Below are positions 1-17,558 of a stretch of 64,000 nt of DNA, one piece after another (position 1 is the stretch's first letter; the number at the start of each line of letters is the position of its first letter). The stretch is taken from the NCBI RefSeq assembly GCF_009914755.1, contig NC_060945.1; one strand, given 5' to 3'. The stretch comes from the human T2T-CHM13v2.0 reference genome, Homo sapiens. A model generated the notes under the pieces. It was not told the DNA's origin, ran no database searches, and saw only the letters and a program-made list of their open reading frames with translations. A program made the translations under genes and the position numbers.

Positions 1-270
1 GAGACAGAGTCTTGCTCTGTTGCCCAGGCTGGAGTACAGTGGCACAATTTTGGCTCACCTCTGTCTCCTGGGTTCAAGCGAGTCTCGTGCCTCATCCTCT
101 TGAGTAGCTCGGACTACAGGCATGTGCCACCACAGCTGGCTAATTTTTTATATTTTTAGTAGAGACGGGGTTTTGTCATGTTGGCCAGGCTGGTCTCAAA
201 CTTTTGAGGGGTTCCACCTGCCTTGGCCTCCCAAAGTGCTGGGATTACAGGCATGAGCCACCACGCCTGT
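1..270 (-). mobile_element. Alu (cut by window edge)
   Basis: Alu consensus, reverse strand. Confidence 0.9.
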
Positions 271-544
271 CGTACTTCTTTTAAAGAAACATTTTGCTGT
301 GTTTTCTTCCTCAAGGAATATCTGCAATTGTTTTCTCTATATACTTTAATGGATTTCTGGACTTTAATCCATCCTCCTGATTTATAAATAAGGTAGAAGA
401 AAAAGGCCATTTGTGTGGTTTGCCGGTCTTAGCTTAAACTTTATAGCTAGAAAATGGATGCTCTAATTTGCTTTTCTCCTTCTGGTCCATGTCATAATTC
501 TCCAGTGTTCATCAGTGCCTAAAGGAATGGGCCTTGTTTGGTTG

Positions 545-847
545 TTTTTTTTTTTTTTTTTTTTTTTGAGACAGAGTCTTACTCTGTCACCGAGGCTGGA
601 GTACAGTGGCACTGTTGGCTCACTGCAACCTCCGTCTCCTGAGTTCAAGCGATTCTCCTGCCTCAGCCTCCCGAGTAGCTGGGATTACAGGCGCCCACGA
701 CCATGCCCGGCTAGTTTTTATATTTTTAGTAGAGACGGGGTTTCACCATGTTGGCCAGGCTGGTCTCGGACTCCTGACCTCAGGCGATCCACCCATCTCG
801 GCCTCCCAAAGTGCTGGGATTACAGGCATGAGCCACCGCGCCCAGCC
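545..847 (-). mobile_element. AluS
   Basis: Full dimer with poly-T. Confidence 0.92.
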
Positions 848-1539
848 AATTGTTGTTGTTTTTAATAATTTATCTTCTATAGCAATTTAGTTTTGGTTAC
901 TTAATGAAAAGACTCCATATTCACAACGTACTCGAAAGAACAGGGCAATAAGGCCAACCATTCAAGGAAACTCTGGGGCCAAAAATAGGATAGTTTCCTG
1001 TAAAGGAGCCCGTGGCAGTCCTCAAATTTCAAACTGCACAATTTCAAGATAGCTCTGGATTAGAGACTCTCACTGCGTGGTATTTGAAAGAGGTCTTTAT
1101 CTTTCAAAGGAAGACACACACTTGGCTCCTCACTAGGCTTCATGTACGTTCCAATAAGTGCAGCCCTCAGATCTCTGAAAAAGTGTCTTTTGGAAATTAA
1201 TTTTTAATAAAATAATAAAGTATTATTGGAAATTTTAGATATAATGAATGACATTAATTTAAATAAAAATTACTTTAAATTTATAATTTTAGAAATGAAA
1301 TGCCAAAGATTTGGTAGCCTAGCTCAAGTTACTGTAAGGACTTAACTGAGTAAGATTACTATTTTTGGAAGACCCAAATCCAAATTAGCCTCTGTCCCCA
1401 AAAGGTCTGATTAGAGATCACATTATTTAAGAAAAGAACTTAGGAAAAGGTTTAATTCAATAGTTCAAGAACATAAGAGAAGGTATTTGCTACTATGGAT
1501 ATGGTATGAAGAACATAATGAATTCCAGCATAAGAAATA

Positions 1540-2520
<981 letters not shown>

Positions 2521-2653
2521 TCATGAAGTGTGTGTGTGTGTACATGTACTTTAAATATTCAAAAAATAAATTACCATAAGAAAAATTAAAAACGAATATT
2601 TCAGTTAAACTCAACACTAGTCAAAAGATATTAGAAACCAAAGATAAGTGCTC

Positions 2654-2942
2654 TTTTTTTTTCTTTTTTGAGACAGAGTCTCGCTCTGTCACCCAGGCTG
2701 TAGTGCAGTGGTGCAATCTCAGCTCCATCTCCAGAGTTCAAGCAATTCTCATGCCTCATCCTCCTGAGTAGCTGGAATTATAGGTGCGTGTCACCACACC
2801 CAGCTAATTTTTTTGTCTTTTCAGTAGAGACCAGGTTTTGCTATGTTGGCCTGGCTGGTCCCAAACTCCTGGCCTCAGGTGACCTGCCCACCTTGGCCTC
2901 CCAAAGTGCTGGGATTACAGGTGTGAGCCACCACACCTAGCT
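2654..2942 (-). mobile_element. AluS/J
   Basis: Dimer. Confidence 0.9.
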
Positions 2943-3354
2943 TGAGATGAGTGTTCTTGATTCTTTCCCGTCTCAAACTCTCCATGTACTGTCTAAATTT
3001 TATATGTTTTTTGTTTCAGTCAATAACCAAGAGTAAAAAAAAATTTTTAATTCTGATTAGGTATATAATTTAAGAGCCAAGAGAGAAATCACTTTTCAAA
3101 GATCTTACCATGAGCAGTGTTAGTAAAACTTAAAGGTCTATATATTGTTTAGTCTGAATATGAATTTTATGAATACTAATTATAAGCTAGAAGTATTCAC
3201 ATGACCAGCCAACATTTTTTACATACATGACTGGCTAATGATACTTTATTAAGTACAACACTTATGGTAGATTCAAAAAAATTAAAATGTTATTAAACCA
3301 TATGTCAGTGAAGTAAGACTTATGTGAGCTCCAAAGTACTGAATTGCTACATAC

Positions 3355-3423
3355 CCAAGTAATGCTCATGTACTCTAACAACTTCACAAAGTCCAGGGTC
3401 TTCAGAGTCCAGGGGCAAAATTC
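3355..3423 (-). CDS. CRYZL1: CRYZL1 exon 6 (69 nt, (G)ILPLDSEDPGLCEVVRVHEHYL(V))
   Basis: tttttag|GA ATT TTG CCC...TAC TTG G|gtatgt; phase 1-1. Confidence 0.95.
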
Positions 3424-3707
3424 CTAAAAATCAAAACAAGAAATTAAAGGGATGTAAGTCAAAAATTCATTCCTAATGAGAGGCCAGTATTATTACAAAT
3501 TTTGTTCAGTGAAATTTTGAGGAAGGTTCCAGTAATTACTAGTGTGGACAAGAAAAAATTCAGAAATGGGATGGGAAGTGCACTGTGCCACTCCTGCTAT
3601 CGCTTTCTTCTTTCCCCTCTGAGTGACAGTAAGATGATGGCTGATGTTATAGAACAAAGTCAGAGTCTTGGGAGCATCTGGACTCCTTGTTAAAACTCTC
3701 CCTGATG

Positions 3708-4330
<623 letters not shown>

Positions 4331-4374
4331 TTGTCCTTGATGCATAGCTACCTTCCTATAGTTTGGTTCCATGA

Positions 4375-4687
<313 letters not shown>

Positions 4688-4946
4688 GAGTATGTTTCTA
4701 ATAAAATCCCATTTTTCTTCTAAGCTAGTCTGATTTTGTTTTTGGTTTCTCACAAAAAGAATCTTGAATAATACAGAGTGCCACTGATTTCCTGAGCAGA
4801 ATAAAAAGACAAGAAAGAAATAATCAATTCTCCAGGATAATGCCTGAGTCAAAGGCAATACTATAAAAAGCTGATGAAAACTTTCTTACAAATCTATCCT
4901 TTAAGAATTTCAAGCATGCTATAATTTTAACGCTATAAGGCTAAAT

Positions 4947-5262
4947 ATTTTTTCTTTCTTTTCTTTCTCTCTTTTTTTTTTTTTTTTTTGGACAAGGTCT
5001 CCCTCTGTCACCAGGCTGGAGTACAGTGGTGTGATCATGGCTCACTGCATCCTCAAACTTCCAGGCTCAGGCGATCTCCCACCTCAGCCTCCTGAGTAGC
5101 TGGGACCACAGGTGTGTGCCACCACGCCTGGCTAATTTTTGTATTTTTTATGTAGAGTCGAGCTTTTGCAATGTTGCCCAGGCTGGTCTTGAACTACTGG
5201 GCTCAAGTGATCTTCCTGTCTTGGCCTCACAGAGTGCTAGGATTACAGGTGTGAGCCACCAC
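4947..5262 (-). mobile_element. AluJ
   Basis: Diverged dimer. Confidence 0.88.
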
Positions 5263-5354
5263 ATAATATATATTATATGGCCCTATATAATACAAGTTAT
5301 ATAAATGTTTTCTAACTTTATGTCTTCCACAGAGAAATGAAAATTTCAAGGATT

Positions 5355-5458
5355 ACTATAAAAGTCATAGCCTATGTTTGTGTGACTGTCTAGGATGCAG
5401 GTTGCAACTATAAAAGTCATAGCCTATGTTTGTGTGACTGTCTAGGACACAGGTTGCA
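5355..5458. repeat. 52-bp tandem duplication (2 copies)
   Basis: actataaaagtcatagcc...aggttgca repeated, 2 mismatches. Confidence 0.95.
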
Positions 5459-5754
5459 AAATTGCAAAAATACTGTGGATTTTAAAAAACAATAAAAGTT
5501 TTAAGTCAATTTTTAGTTTTACAAGAGTTGTAAGAGAAAAGCTCTGTATGATTTCAGTTGAAACGGTGCATGGAGCTTCTATATGGCCCAGTCAGTCAGC
5601 AGCCTTCAAGCATGTGACTTGTAACTTTCCTTCTCCCTAAAGACTTCAGTCTGGCCACAGACTAAGCATCTGCCAGAAAAAGGCTACACCAAGCACTATA
5701 GCAACTATGATTATCTTTTTATCTATAAAACTGTTCTACAGCTAAATATATATA

Positions 5755-6014
5755 TTTTTTATTATACTTTAAGTTTTAGGGTACATGTGCACATTGTGCA
5801 GGTTAGTTACATATGTATACATATGCCATGCTGGTGCGCTGCACCCACTAACTCGTCATCTAGCATTAGGTATATCTCCCAATGCTATCCCTCCCCCCCC
5901 CAACCCCACCACAGTCCCCAGAGTGTGATATTCCCCTTCCTGTGTCCATCTGATCTCATTGTTCAATTCCCACCTATGAGTGAGAATATGCGGTGTTTGG
6001 TTTTTTGTTCTTGT
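5755..6014 (-). mobile_element. L1PA2-like 3' end (5'-truncated)
   Basis: attatactttaagttttagggtacatgtgcacattgtgcaggttagttac; diagnostic site reads actaactcgtcatc (GAG type, not L1HS ACA/ACG). Confidence 0.88.
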
Positions 6015-6082
6015 GAGTTTTAAATGTTCTGCTATTGCAATCAAGGTCCCAATTTTTATCATCAATAGAAATTTGACAGTAA

Positions 6083-6454
<372 letters not shown>

Positions 6455-6522
6455 TTATATAGAAAAAACAGAGATGACGGTAAAATAGATGACTTGAAAT
6501 AAGACTATGAACTATAACTTAC

Positions 6523-6567
6523 CAACTACTTCATCATCTGGTTGAAAGAATGATACCTTGCTTCCAA
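6523..6567 (-). CDS. CRYZL1: CRYZL1 exon 5 (45 nt, (V)GSKVSFFQPDDEVV(G))
   Basis: ctttag|TT GGA AGC...GTA GTT G|gtaagt; phase 1-1; MDR-family GxxVxxFxxGDxV-like motif. Confidence 0.95.
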
Positions 6568-6833
6568 CTAAAGAGTGAAGAAAATTAATAGTTAATATTA
6601 CAAGTTTATTAAATATAATTCTTATCTATTAAAATACATTTTTAAAATCTGTGGATTTGTAAAAAGACTGATTTTGTTTAATGTGGAAAAAAGGACCAAA
6701 ATGTCAATAACATTTTGATGGTCTGTAAAGACTACAGGATATACAGCACTTCAAATCTGGATTCTCTAGATATTTGGGCCATGCGATTATTGTGACCAGG
6801 AGAAGTATCTCTCTCTTTGCCTATTTAGTTGAC

Positions 6834-7132
6834 TTTATTCATTTTTTTTTTGAGATGGAGTTCTGCTCTTGTCAACCAGGCTGGAGTTTGTGGCACGATC
6901 TTGGCTCACTGCAACCTCCACCTCCCAGGTTCAAGTGATTCTTGTGCCCCAGCCTCCCGAGTGGCTGGGACTAATGGCATGCACCATCATGCCTGGCTAA
7001 TTTTGTATTTTTAGTAGAGACAGGGTTTCACCACCTTGGCCAGGCTGGTCTTGAACTCCTGACCTCAACTGATCCACCCGCTTTGGCCTCCCGAAGTGCT
7101 AGGATTACAGGTGTAAACCACTGTGACTGGCC
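6834..7132 (-). mobile_element. AluS
   Basis: Dimer. Confidence 0.9.
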
Positions 7133-7284
7133 TCTATTTAGCTGACTTTAAGGAAGAAGGAGTAAAGAAACTAATCTATTCTATAGCTTCTATGATAATT
7201 ATATTGTTTTCTACTCCTCCTGTGGCTAGCCCAATCTGTCTTTATTTTTGTTGCAGAATCTCATACAACAGGGAATTCTGAGAA

Positions 7285-7739
7285 TGCAGCAGGACAAGCC
7301 GCAGACAAAACTCTTCAGACACTGAGTTAAAGAAGGAAGGGCTTTATTTGGCCGGGAGCTTCGGCAAGACTCACGTCTCCAAAAACTGAGCTCCCCAAGT
7401 GAGCAATTCCTGTCCCTTTTAAGGGCTTACAACTCTAAGGGGGTCCGTGTGAGAGGGTCGTGATCGATTGAGCAAGTAGGGGGTACGTGATCGGGGGCTG
7501 CATGCACTGGTAATCAGAACGGAACAGAACAGGACAGGGATTTTCACAATGCTTTTCCATACAATGTCTGGAATCTACAGATAACACAACCGGTTAGGAC
7601 AGGGGTCGATCTTTAACCAGGCCCAGGGCGTGGCGCTGGGCTGTCTGCCTGTGGATTTCATTTCTGCCTTTTAGTTTTTACTTCCTCTTTCTTTGGAAGT
7701 AGAAATTGGGCATAAGATGAGGGGTGGTCTCCTCCCTTA
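7285..7739 (-). mobile_element. Solo LTR, LTR2 family (HERV-E/Harlequin, ERV1)
   Basis: Minus strand begins TAAGGGAGGAGACCACCCCTCAT and ends CCTGCTGCA; 4-bp TSD AGAA at 7281-7284 and 7740-7743; TTAAAA (7417-7422) and AATAAA (7343-7348). Confidence 0.85.
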
Positions 7740-7824
7740 AGAAGAGTGACGTTAAAATTACTTTGATTTGGGAAATAAATTCAGGTTGGTACCAAGAAGT
7801 TTTCTGGAACTTTATAGAAATGAT

Positions 7825-8137
<313 letters not shown>

Positions 8138-8247
8138 TTACATTTTCTCTGCATATGTAGAGAAAAAGCCTCGACTATCAGTCAATTCATTTGAGTAGTT
8201 TCATTCAATGAGTTACAAGAGGAAAGGGGAGGAAAAAACTCCAAATA

Positions 8248-8415
8248 TTGTTGAATGCCTCCTTGTGCCCAGCATTGTTGTGTGTTTATGCATTTAAACT
8301 TCACAATGTACCAATAAGGTAGGTATTATTATTTCTATTTAACAGACAAGGAAGCTGACATGAAGCGGTGAAGTAAGCTGGAAACCTGAATCTGGAAATG
8401 GCCCCTTTGACTGGC
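8248..8415 (-). mobile_element. MIR
   Basis: Degenerate MIR core (aggtaggtattattatt...acagacaaggaagctga). Confidence 0.55.
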
Positions 8416-8669
8416 TCTGTCAACAAAATGGCCCCAGAGTGCATTTGTTGCCACTAGCAAGTAATTCGAAGCCTGGTATTTCTACTTTCAAGTCTTTCTT
8501 TTGGAGTTTGCTTCTTCTTTGGCTCCCTCCTGTGCCATCATCCCCCAATCCTTTTGGCTTCTGATTCACTATACTTTTATCTTTCCCTTCTACTGCTGAT
8601 CCCTGTCCTCCTAAGGTCACTCTGACTCTTTTTTTCTTGGTTTCTTTCATACTCCTCTTCTTTTAATTG

Positions 8670-9897
8670 ACCCTCAAACAGTGCATTCCAAAGGGTTCTT
8701 TGTTTACATCTCTCCTCCTTTTCTACTCTATCCCTTGGAGAACTCATCAATTCTATTATTTCAAATACAACCTACATGCTGACATTTCTCAAATATGTAC
8801 TTTCCAGCATAGATCTCTCACCCTTGAGCTTTAACTCATTTAATTGCTTACTAGATATTGCCAGTGAGATGTCACTTAAGTTCCTTGAACTCAGTAAGTA
8901 TAAATCTAAACTCATAATATTCCTCCAAATTGGATCATCTTCCTTTATCAAATGTTGGTTCCAATTCAAGCCTGAACAAGAACTCTGTAAGCCATTCCTG
9001 GTTCTGATCTGTTTTTAATTTCCCAGTTACTAGGTCCTGCAGACTTTATTTCCTCAATATGTCTTGAATCCATCCCTCTTCTCCACCTCTGCCACCACTG
9101 TTGAGGTTATGGACTTTGCTGTTTCTTGCCTCTTGGTCTACAACCCAACCAGTCCTCTTGCCTTTAGACTCGTTTGCCTTACATCCACCCTTCCTTCAAA
9201 TGCCTACTCTAATAATCTCCCTAAAATACAATCTGATATCTAAGGCTCAACCAAAGGTCTGGCCCTTGCCTATCCTCCTGCTTCATTTTAGGAAGGCAGG
9301 AATTAGTGTTCACATAATCATGAAAGTATTTTGTACAATATCTTTTATTCTGCAATATTCGAAGGATAATTTTTTTTTCTTTTTCTTTTTTTTCTTTTGA
9401 GACAGGGTCTTGCTCTGTTGGCTCAAACTCCTGTGCTCAAGCCATCCTCTCACCTCTGCTTCCCAAAGTGCTGGGATTACAGGTGTAATCCACCAAGCCC
9501 AGCCTAGGAGGAGAATTTTCTTGACAAAATGTTTCTCTGCTACCAAGTACCATACCCTTGACGCCTGCCCAGGACTTTATCTTGCTCTAGCAATACCAAA
9601 CTCTTTGTAATTCTTATACACATCCCACTTTCACTTGCTTGTCTTTGCTCATAATATCCTCCCTGCTAGGTGTGATTCTCAACATGCTTGCCCCTTATGA
9701 TTTGGACATCTTACTCCAAGACGCCTTTCCTGTTTCTTCTGGCCAGGTTAAGCAACTTTCTTCCAAGCTTACATAATAATCTGCTCATGTGTATATTTGT
9801 CTCTCCCCTAGAGAGTGAACCGTTTAAGGGCAAGGAGTTCGTTTCACTTATATCCTAAGCAGTTAGCAATTGCTCATTAAATGTAAAATGAATGATC
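8670..9897 (+). mobile_element. L2 fragments
   Basis: L2 RT-region motifs and 3' end tgctcattaaatgtaaaatgaatga. Confidence 0.6.
9370..9504 (-). mobile_element. Partial Alu (monomer-length)
   Basis: Alu ends with internal deletion. Confidence 0.8.
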
Positions 9898-10329
9898 ATC
9901 TAGTTATTGTATTTATTTTTCTACAGTCTGAGAAAAAAGAAACATAATTATCATTTAGCTATGTCAGAAGATTACATAGAGTATCAAATCTATTCTACGT
10001 TAAAATCCCAGGTAAAACTCAAATATACTCTAACATACCTTAACACATTTATTCATTCGCATAGGAGGTAAAAGCAAACACGTTAATCATGAACCACCTG
10101 TTAGTGAATATTAAGTATAGGTCTATTTAGAAACAAATTATATCAAATGCCTGATATAAGGCTTACTGTTCTGTATGTAAAGATCATTATTTCATCATAA
10201 AAAGACAATATTGGTCATTCTATTCAATATATGATTACTTGTGGATTTAAATATATAACCCCTAAATATTTACCACTGTAATAAGCTCTTCACTTATAAA
10301 ATACCAATTGAGTCCTATTTTTCTTTTCA

Positions 10330-10660
<331 letters not shown>

Positions 10661-10719
10661 AAGAAGCTAGACAAAGCCAGGCATAATGTCGTGTACCCGT
10701 AGACCAGGGGTGTCCAATC

Positions 10720-11023
10720 TTTTTTTTTTTTTTTTTTTTTTTTGAGACGGAGTCTCGCTGTCGCCCAGGCTGGAGTGCAGTGGCGCAATCTCGGCTCACT
10801 GCAGGCTCCGCCCCCTGGGGTTCACGCCATTCTCCTGCCTCAGCCTCCCGAGTAGCTGGGACTACAGGCGCCCGCCACCTCGCCCGGCTAATTTTTTGTA
10901 TTTTTAGTAGAGACAGGGTTTCACCGTGTTAGCCAGGATGGTCTCGATCTCCTGACCTCGTGATCCGCCCGCCTCGGCCTCCCAAAGTGCTGGGATTACA
11001 GGCGTGAGCCACCGCGCCCGGCC
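10720..11023 (-). mobile_element. Young AluY (Yh3-lineage-like)
   Basis: Nearly all CpGs intact; perfect TSD ggggtgtccaatc. Confidence 0.92.
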
Positions 11024-11167
11024 GGGGTGTCCAATCTTTTGGCTTCCCTGGGCCATACTGGAAGAGAAAGAATTGTCTTGAGCAACACATACAATACACT
11101 AACACTAAATGACAGCTGATGAACCAAAAAAAAAAAAAAATCATGTAATTTTTTTTCAAATTAATAG

Positions 11168-11459
<292 letters not shown>

Positions 11460-11814
11460 AAAAAATCACATAATGTTTTAAGAAAATTCACGAATTTGTG
11501 TTGGGCTGACTTCAAAGCTGTCCTGGGCTGCATGCTGGTTGGACAAGCTTGCTGTAGACTTAGCTACTCAGGAAGCTGAGGCAGCAGGATTGCTTGAACC
11601 CAGGAGTTAAGGCTGTAGCTATGATCAGGCTGGGCAACACAGAGAGACCTTGTCTCTCAAAAAATAAAAATAAAAATAAAAAAGGACATGTTCATATAAT
11701 TAAATTTAAATTTGAAAGGCTGTATATAATTTTATGTACCAGTAAACCAATTAGCTACATTTAATCTCTTTTACCTTAGAAAATAAATACATATACTCAC
11801 ATCTGTATACTTAC

Positions 11815-11887
11815 CATCTAATACAATTCCAGCAATTTCTCTCCCAACAGGAAATAAATCCTTTTTCATCTTCATTTCTGCCAGAAG
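11815..11887 (-). CDS. CRYZL1: CRYZL1 exon 4 (73 nt, [24 protein letters not shown])
   Basis: atttag|CTT CTG GCA...TTA GAT G|gtaagt; phase 0-1; GxExAGxV motif of MDR/zeta-crystallin family. Confidence 0.95.
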
Positions 11888-12683
11888 CTAAATCATGACA
11901 AAGGCAGTTAACATACTATTGTCAGAAGAAATCCTGGACTCCATTATATATGAGGAAAGCGAGAGTAAAAGTCAAATCACAGAAAGAGCAAATATGGTTC
12001 AAGTTTTGGAACTGAGACAAAGCAAATAACTTCACAAAATAGGTTTCTCTAAAGGGTAGGAAACCAAGAATTTACTGAGGCATTAGTTGTTCTGCAGGAC
12101 TTAGGAATGAATATTATTATTCAAATTACCATTAACATCCTTTGTTTAACATCTTTACTCTGCCAAGTATGAAGGGAAATTATGGCCAAAACATTTCTTG
12201 ATTGGCTAAACACTATCAGTCATCTTACTCAGGTGAAGGGAGGGTAGTCTGGAGAGAAGACTGTTGAATAAGGGGGTGTGGCCAATGAGAACAAAGGGTT
12301 CTCCATTCCTATACCCTTTAAAATCACCTGAGTTCTCAAAAGCCTTGGGTTAGGGAGTGGGTGAGAAGTAGTGATGGATATTAACAGGTAATCTGCCATA
12401 TAATTTCAGATTCATGGTGACTGGAGTTTCTTTTGGTTAAGGCTAAATTTTTAAGAGATTGGTATTTTATTAGATTGTGACCAAATTAACTGTAAGTACT
12501 TGTCTTTTGAAGTAACAGGGTATACTGTCTTTAAGCCCGTGGTTTAAGCTCCTGGCACTTAACACTACAGATGCTGAACGTATTTGTAGATACCACAATA
12601 TTTTAGGAACAGTAAGTAAAAAGAAATTAATTCTCTTCTATATTTATTTTTCAATTTTCTGATCTCCTGTATTGTATACTTGA

Positions 12684-13082
<399 letters not shown>

Positions 13083-14083
13083 ACAGTATTTCTTTTATGC
13101 ACATTTGTATGGAGTTAAAACTATGGTTTTAGCAATTGCATCCTGGCTCCTTCACTTACCATAAGCATTTTCTTACATTACCCACACAGTTTTCATAACC
13201 ATTATGCTTAACAGATGTGCAATATTTCATTCAACCGATTTTACTATAATTTACTATTTATTTCTGTTAGACAAGGAGATTATTTCTTAGACTTGGATTT
13301 TAATGGATTTTTCCATTTTAATAAAAACATCTGAAAACAGAAGTCTGCAGACAAGGTCTAGTACTAGTACTCTTGTGAAAAGACTTCAGGGGATCCCACT
13401 AATGCATTTCTCAAGTCATGCTCATGTTACAGAGTTGCCCAGTGAAAGCCTATACCTGGTCTGTAATTTCCTAAGTGTGACTTTATCAAAGAAGACTTTT
13501 AGGTTCCTAAAAATTATAGTCACATTATAATCCAATAAGTTACGGGTCATGTAAACTATGGCATTAATCCTAAAAAATAAAACAAAACAAACAAAAAAAC
13601 GGAGTAAATGGACCTGCTCAATTTATCATGGCACATTTAACCACAGTTTATTTACCACTGAAAACATTCTATGTATTTCATGGTCAATAATGAAAGATTA
13701 CTGCAGGGTAATGTGAGGTAAAGATGTATGTTTATGAGAGAGCGACACAAAAAGAAATGACAAGAGAAATATGAACCATAACTAGTAATATTAGTTAAAT
13801 ATCTAATTGGTAGCTAATAAACTGATTAGGTTTCTAGTTTCTATTTTATTATTTATTTCTTCCTTAATAATAGGCTTTGTTAATTATAAACTCTTAGTTT
13901 TTTGCAATGTAAAGGAGTTTATAAAATATTATAAAATATTTACATTATGTCTGTTTTCTTATAAAATATTTGTATTTTCATATAAAATACGTAACTTCAA
14001 TCAGACTAATAATGTCCCTTATATAGAAATATACAAAAGCACACTAAATTTTTTCCCCTAGCTGTTCTATTCTAAAGATGGTA

Positions 14084-14380
<297 letters not shown>

Positions 14381-14501
14381 TAACAAAAATGAAGATGGTA
14401 ATAAATTCTTCACATTGAGAGGTCAGTTATCGTTATATTTATACACTAAATACACTAAGAAACTCTCATTTTACTTTGTGCCATAATAAAAGAACCAATA
14501 C

Positions 14502-14579
14502 CTTTGTATTTATCTGGCTCAGAGCACAAGCTTTAACTTGAAGTTTCACAAAGTTATCCTCTGTAACAGGAAGATCTTC
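14502..14579 (-). CDS. CRYZL1: CRYZL1 exon 3 (78 nt, [26 protein letters not shown])
   Basis: ttctag|GAA GAT...ACA AAG|gtattg; phase 0-0. Confidence 0.95.
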
Positions 14580-14960
14580 CTAGAACCAAATGATAACAAA
14601 ACAATATGTTATTTTACACATTCCTATGAGAATATGTCTTTATGCTGTGAAAATTTTTACATGTAATTAAACAAAATTAGACAGACCCTAAATCTCACAG
14701 CTAATTTTAACAACTATAAGTAATTATAGAAATGTATATAATAAAAAAATAAAGAAAATTTGGGGGTACAATTTTAAAAAAGCTTTTGGATACATATTTT
14801 TAAAAGTACTCAAATAACAATATGGATATATATGTAGACAATAAAGTTAGGATAACAAAGTAAAGCAGCAAATACTGTACTCCTTTATTTCAACCTAAAT
14901 AATCTCAGAACACCGGCTCTTCACATTTACAGGGATATCCTTAAACACATATACACATAA

Positions 14961-15272
<312 letters not shown>

Positions 15273-15299
15273 AGGCCTTTACTAATTTTTAGAATTTCC

Positions 15300-15602
15300 T
15301 TTTTTTGTTGGTTTTGTTTTGAGACAGGGTCTCACTCTGTCTCCCACGCGGGAATGCAGTGGCGCAATCACAGCTCACTGCAGCCTCAACCTCCAAGGCT
15401 TAAGTGATCCTCCTGCCTCAGCCTTCTGAGTAGCTGGGGTTACAGGCATGCACCACCACACCCAGCTGATTTTTAATTTTTTTGTAGGGCTGGGGTATTG
15501 CTATGTTGCCCAGGCTGGTCTCTAAGTCCTGGGCTCAAGCAATCCTCATGCCTCAGCCTCCCAAAGTGCTGGGATTAAAAGCATAAGACATAGTGCCCAG
15601 CC
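15300..15602 (-). mobile_element. AluJ
   Basis: Diverged dimer. Confidence 0.88.
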
Positions 15603-15659
15603 CTTAAATTTTCTTAACGCTATAAGTGAAATTCTTTTTTAAAAATATAATTAAAAAAA

Positions 15660-16076
<417 letters not shown>

Positions 16077-16226
16077 TAGCCAGTGGAATTCTTTAGCGTC
16101 CTTTATTCAACTCTTCCTTAACATGTGCCTTGGGCATTTCATCATGCCCCATGGGATTCTGGGCTCAACATACCAACGTAATTGAACCTAATTATCCCTC
16201 AGATTCCACTTCTAGATAGAAATTCA

Positions 16227-16577
<351 letters not shown>

Positions 16578-16974
16578 TCAATGTCATCCACCTATATTAT
16601 TAAATACAGTATCACCTCATCTAAACAACTGAACCTGGTACTAATAATTAAATCAGTCTCCTCTACCCAATATGCCCACAATTAGATGAAAAGCTGGCCA
16701 AGAATAGCCACTTACATAGCCCCTCCTGTGATGTATCAAAGGGATTACTGTGTTTTGTCATGAACACAATCTGAGAACATCTTTTTAAATCACAGTTTTG
16801 ACAAAACTTGGTGATAATATGAAGATGTTCATTAATATTGGTGAGTTTGTGAATTTTACTCATGATTTTGTGAACCTGGAGATGTTTCTTCCCAAGAGCC
16901 AATCAACCCCTGACCCTCATCCTGATCAATGATAGAAGCCAAGCTGTCTGAAACACAGACTCCTGGCCTAATTG

Positions 16975-17233
<259 letters not shown>

Positions 17234-17558
17234 TAGTGACAGACAAGAGAGAAAACTGGATTGTGTTCACGATCAAAACTCTCATAATTATTATGAAATA
17301 CTGATTTACATATAACACTTACTTTTAATCCCTAAATTTATGGAAGAATGATTTTGGCTTGCCACAAATCTTTCTAATAATCACCAATACTGTATATGAA
17401 AATTCTACTATCTATGCTTAAAGTAATAAAAAACTTGGTGATAATATGAATATGAGTGATCATTTAAAACTTAGTAAATCAGGTAACTTCGGCACTCTCT
17501 GAAATGTGTATGGAAAATAATATCTTTCTACCTCTTCCATTTCACATATGAGACATGG

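Noticed and set aside
13807-14061. Hydrophobic 84-aa ORF resembling a membrane peptide
   Set aside because: Composition follows from AT-rich intronic DNA; TTG start and no splice or promoter support.
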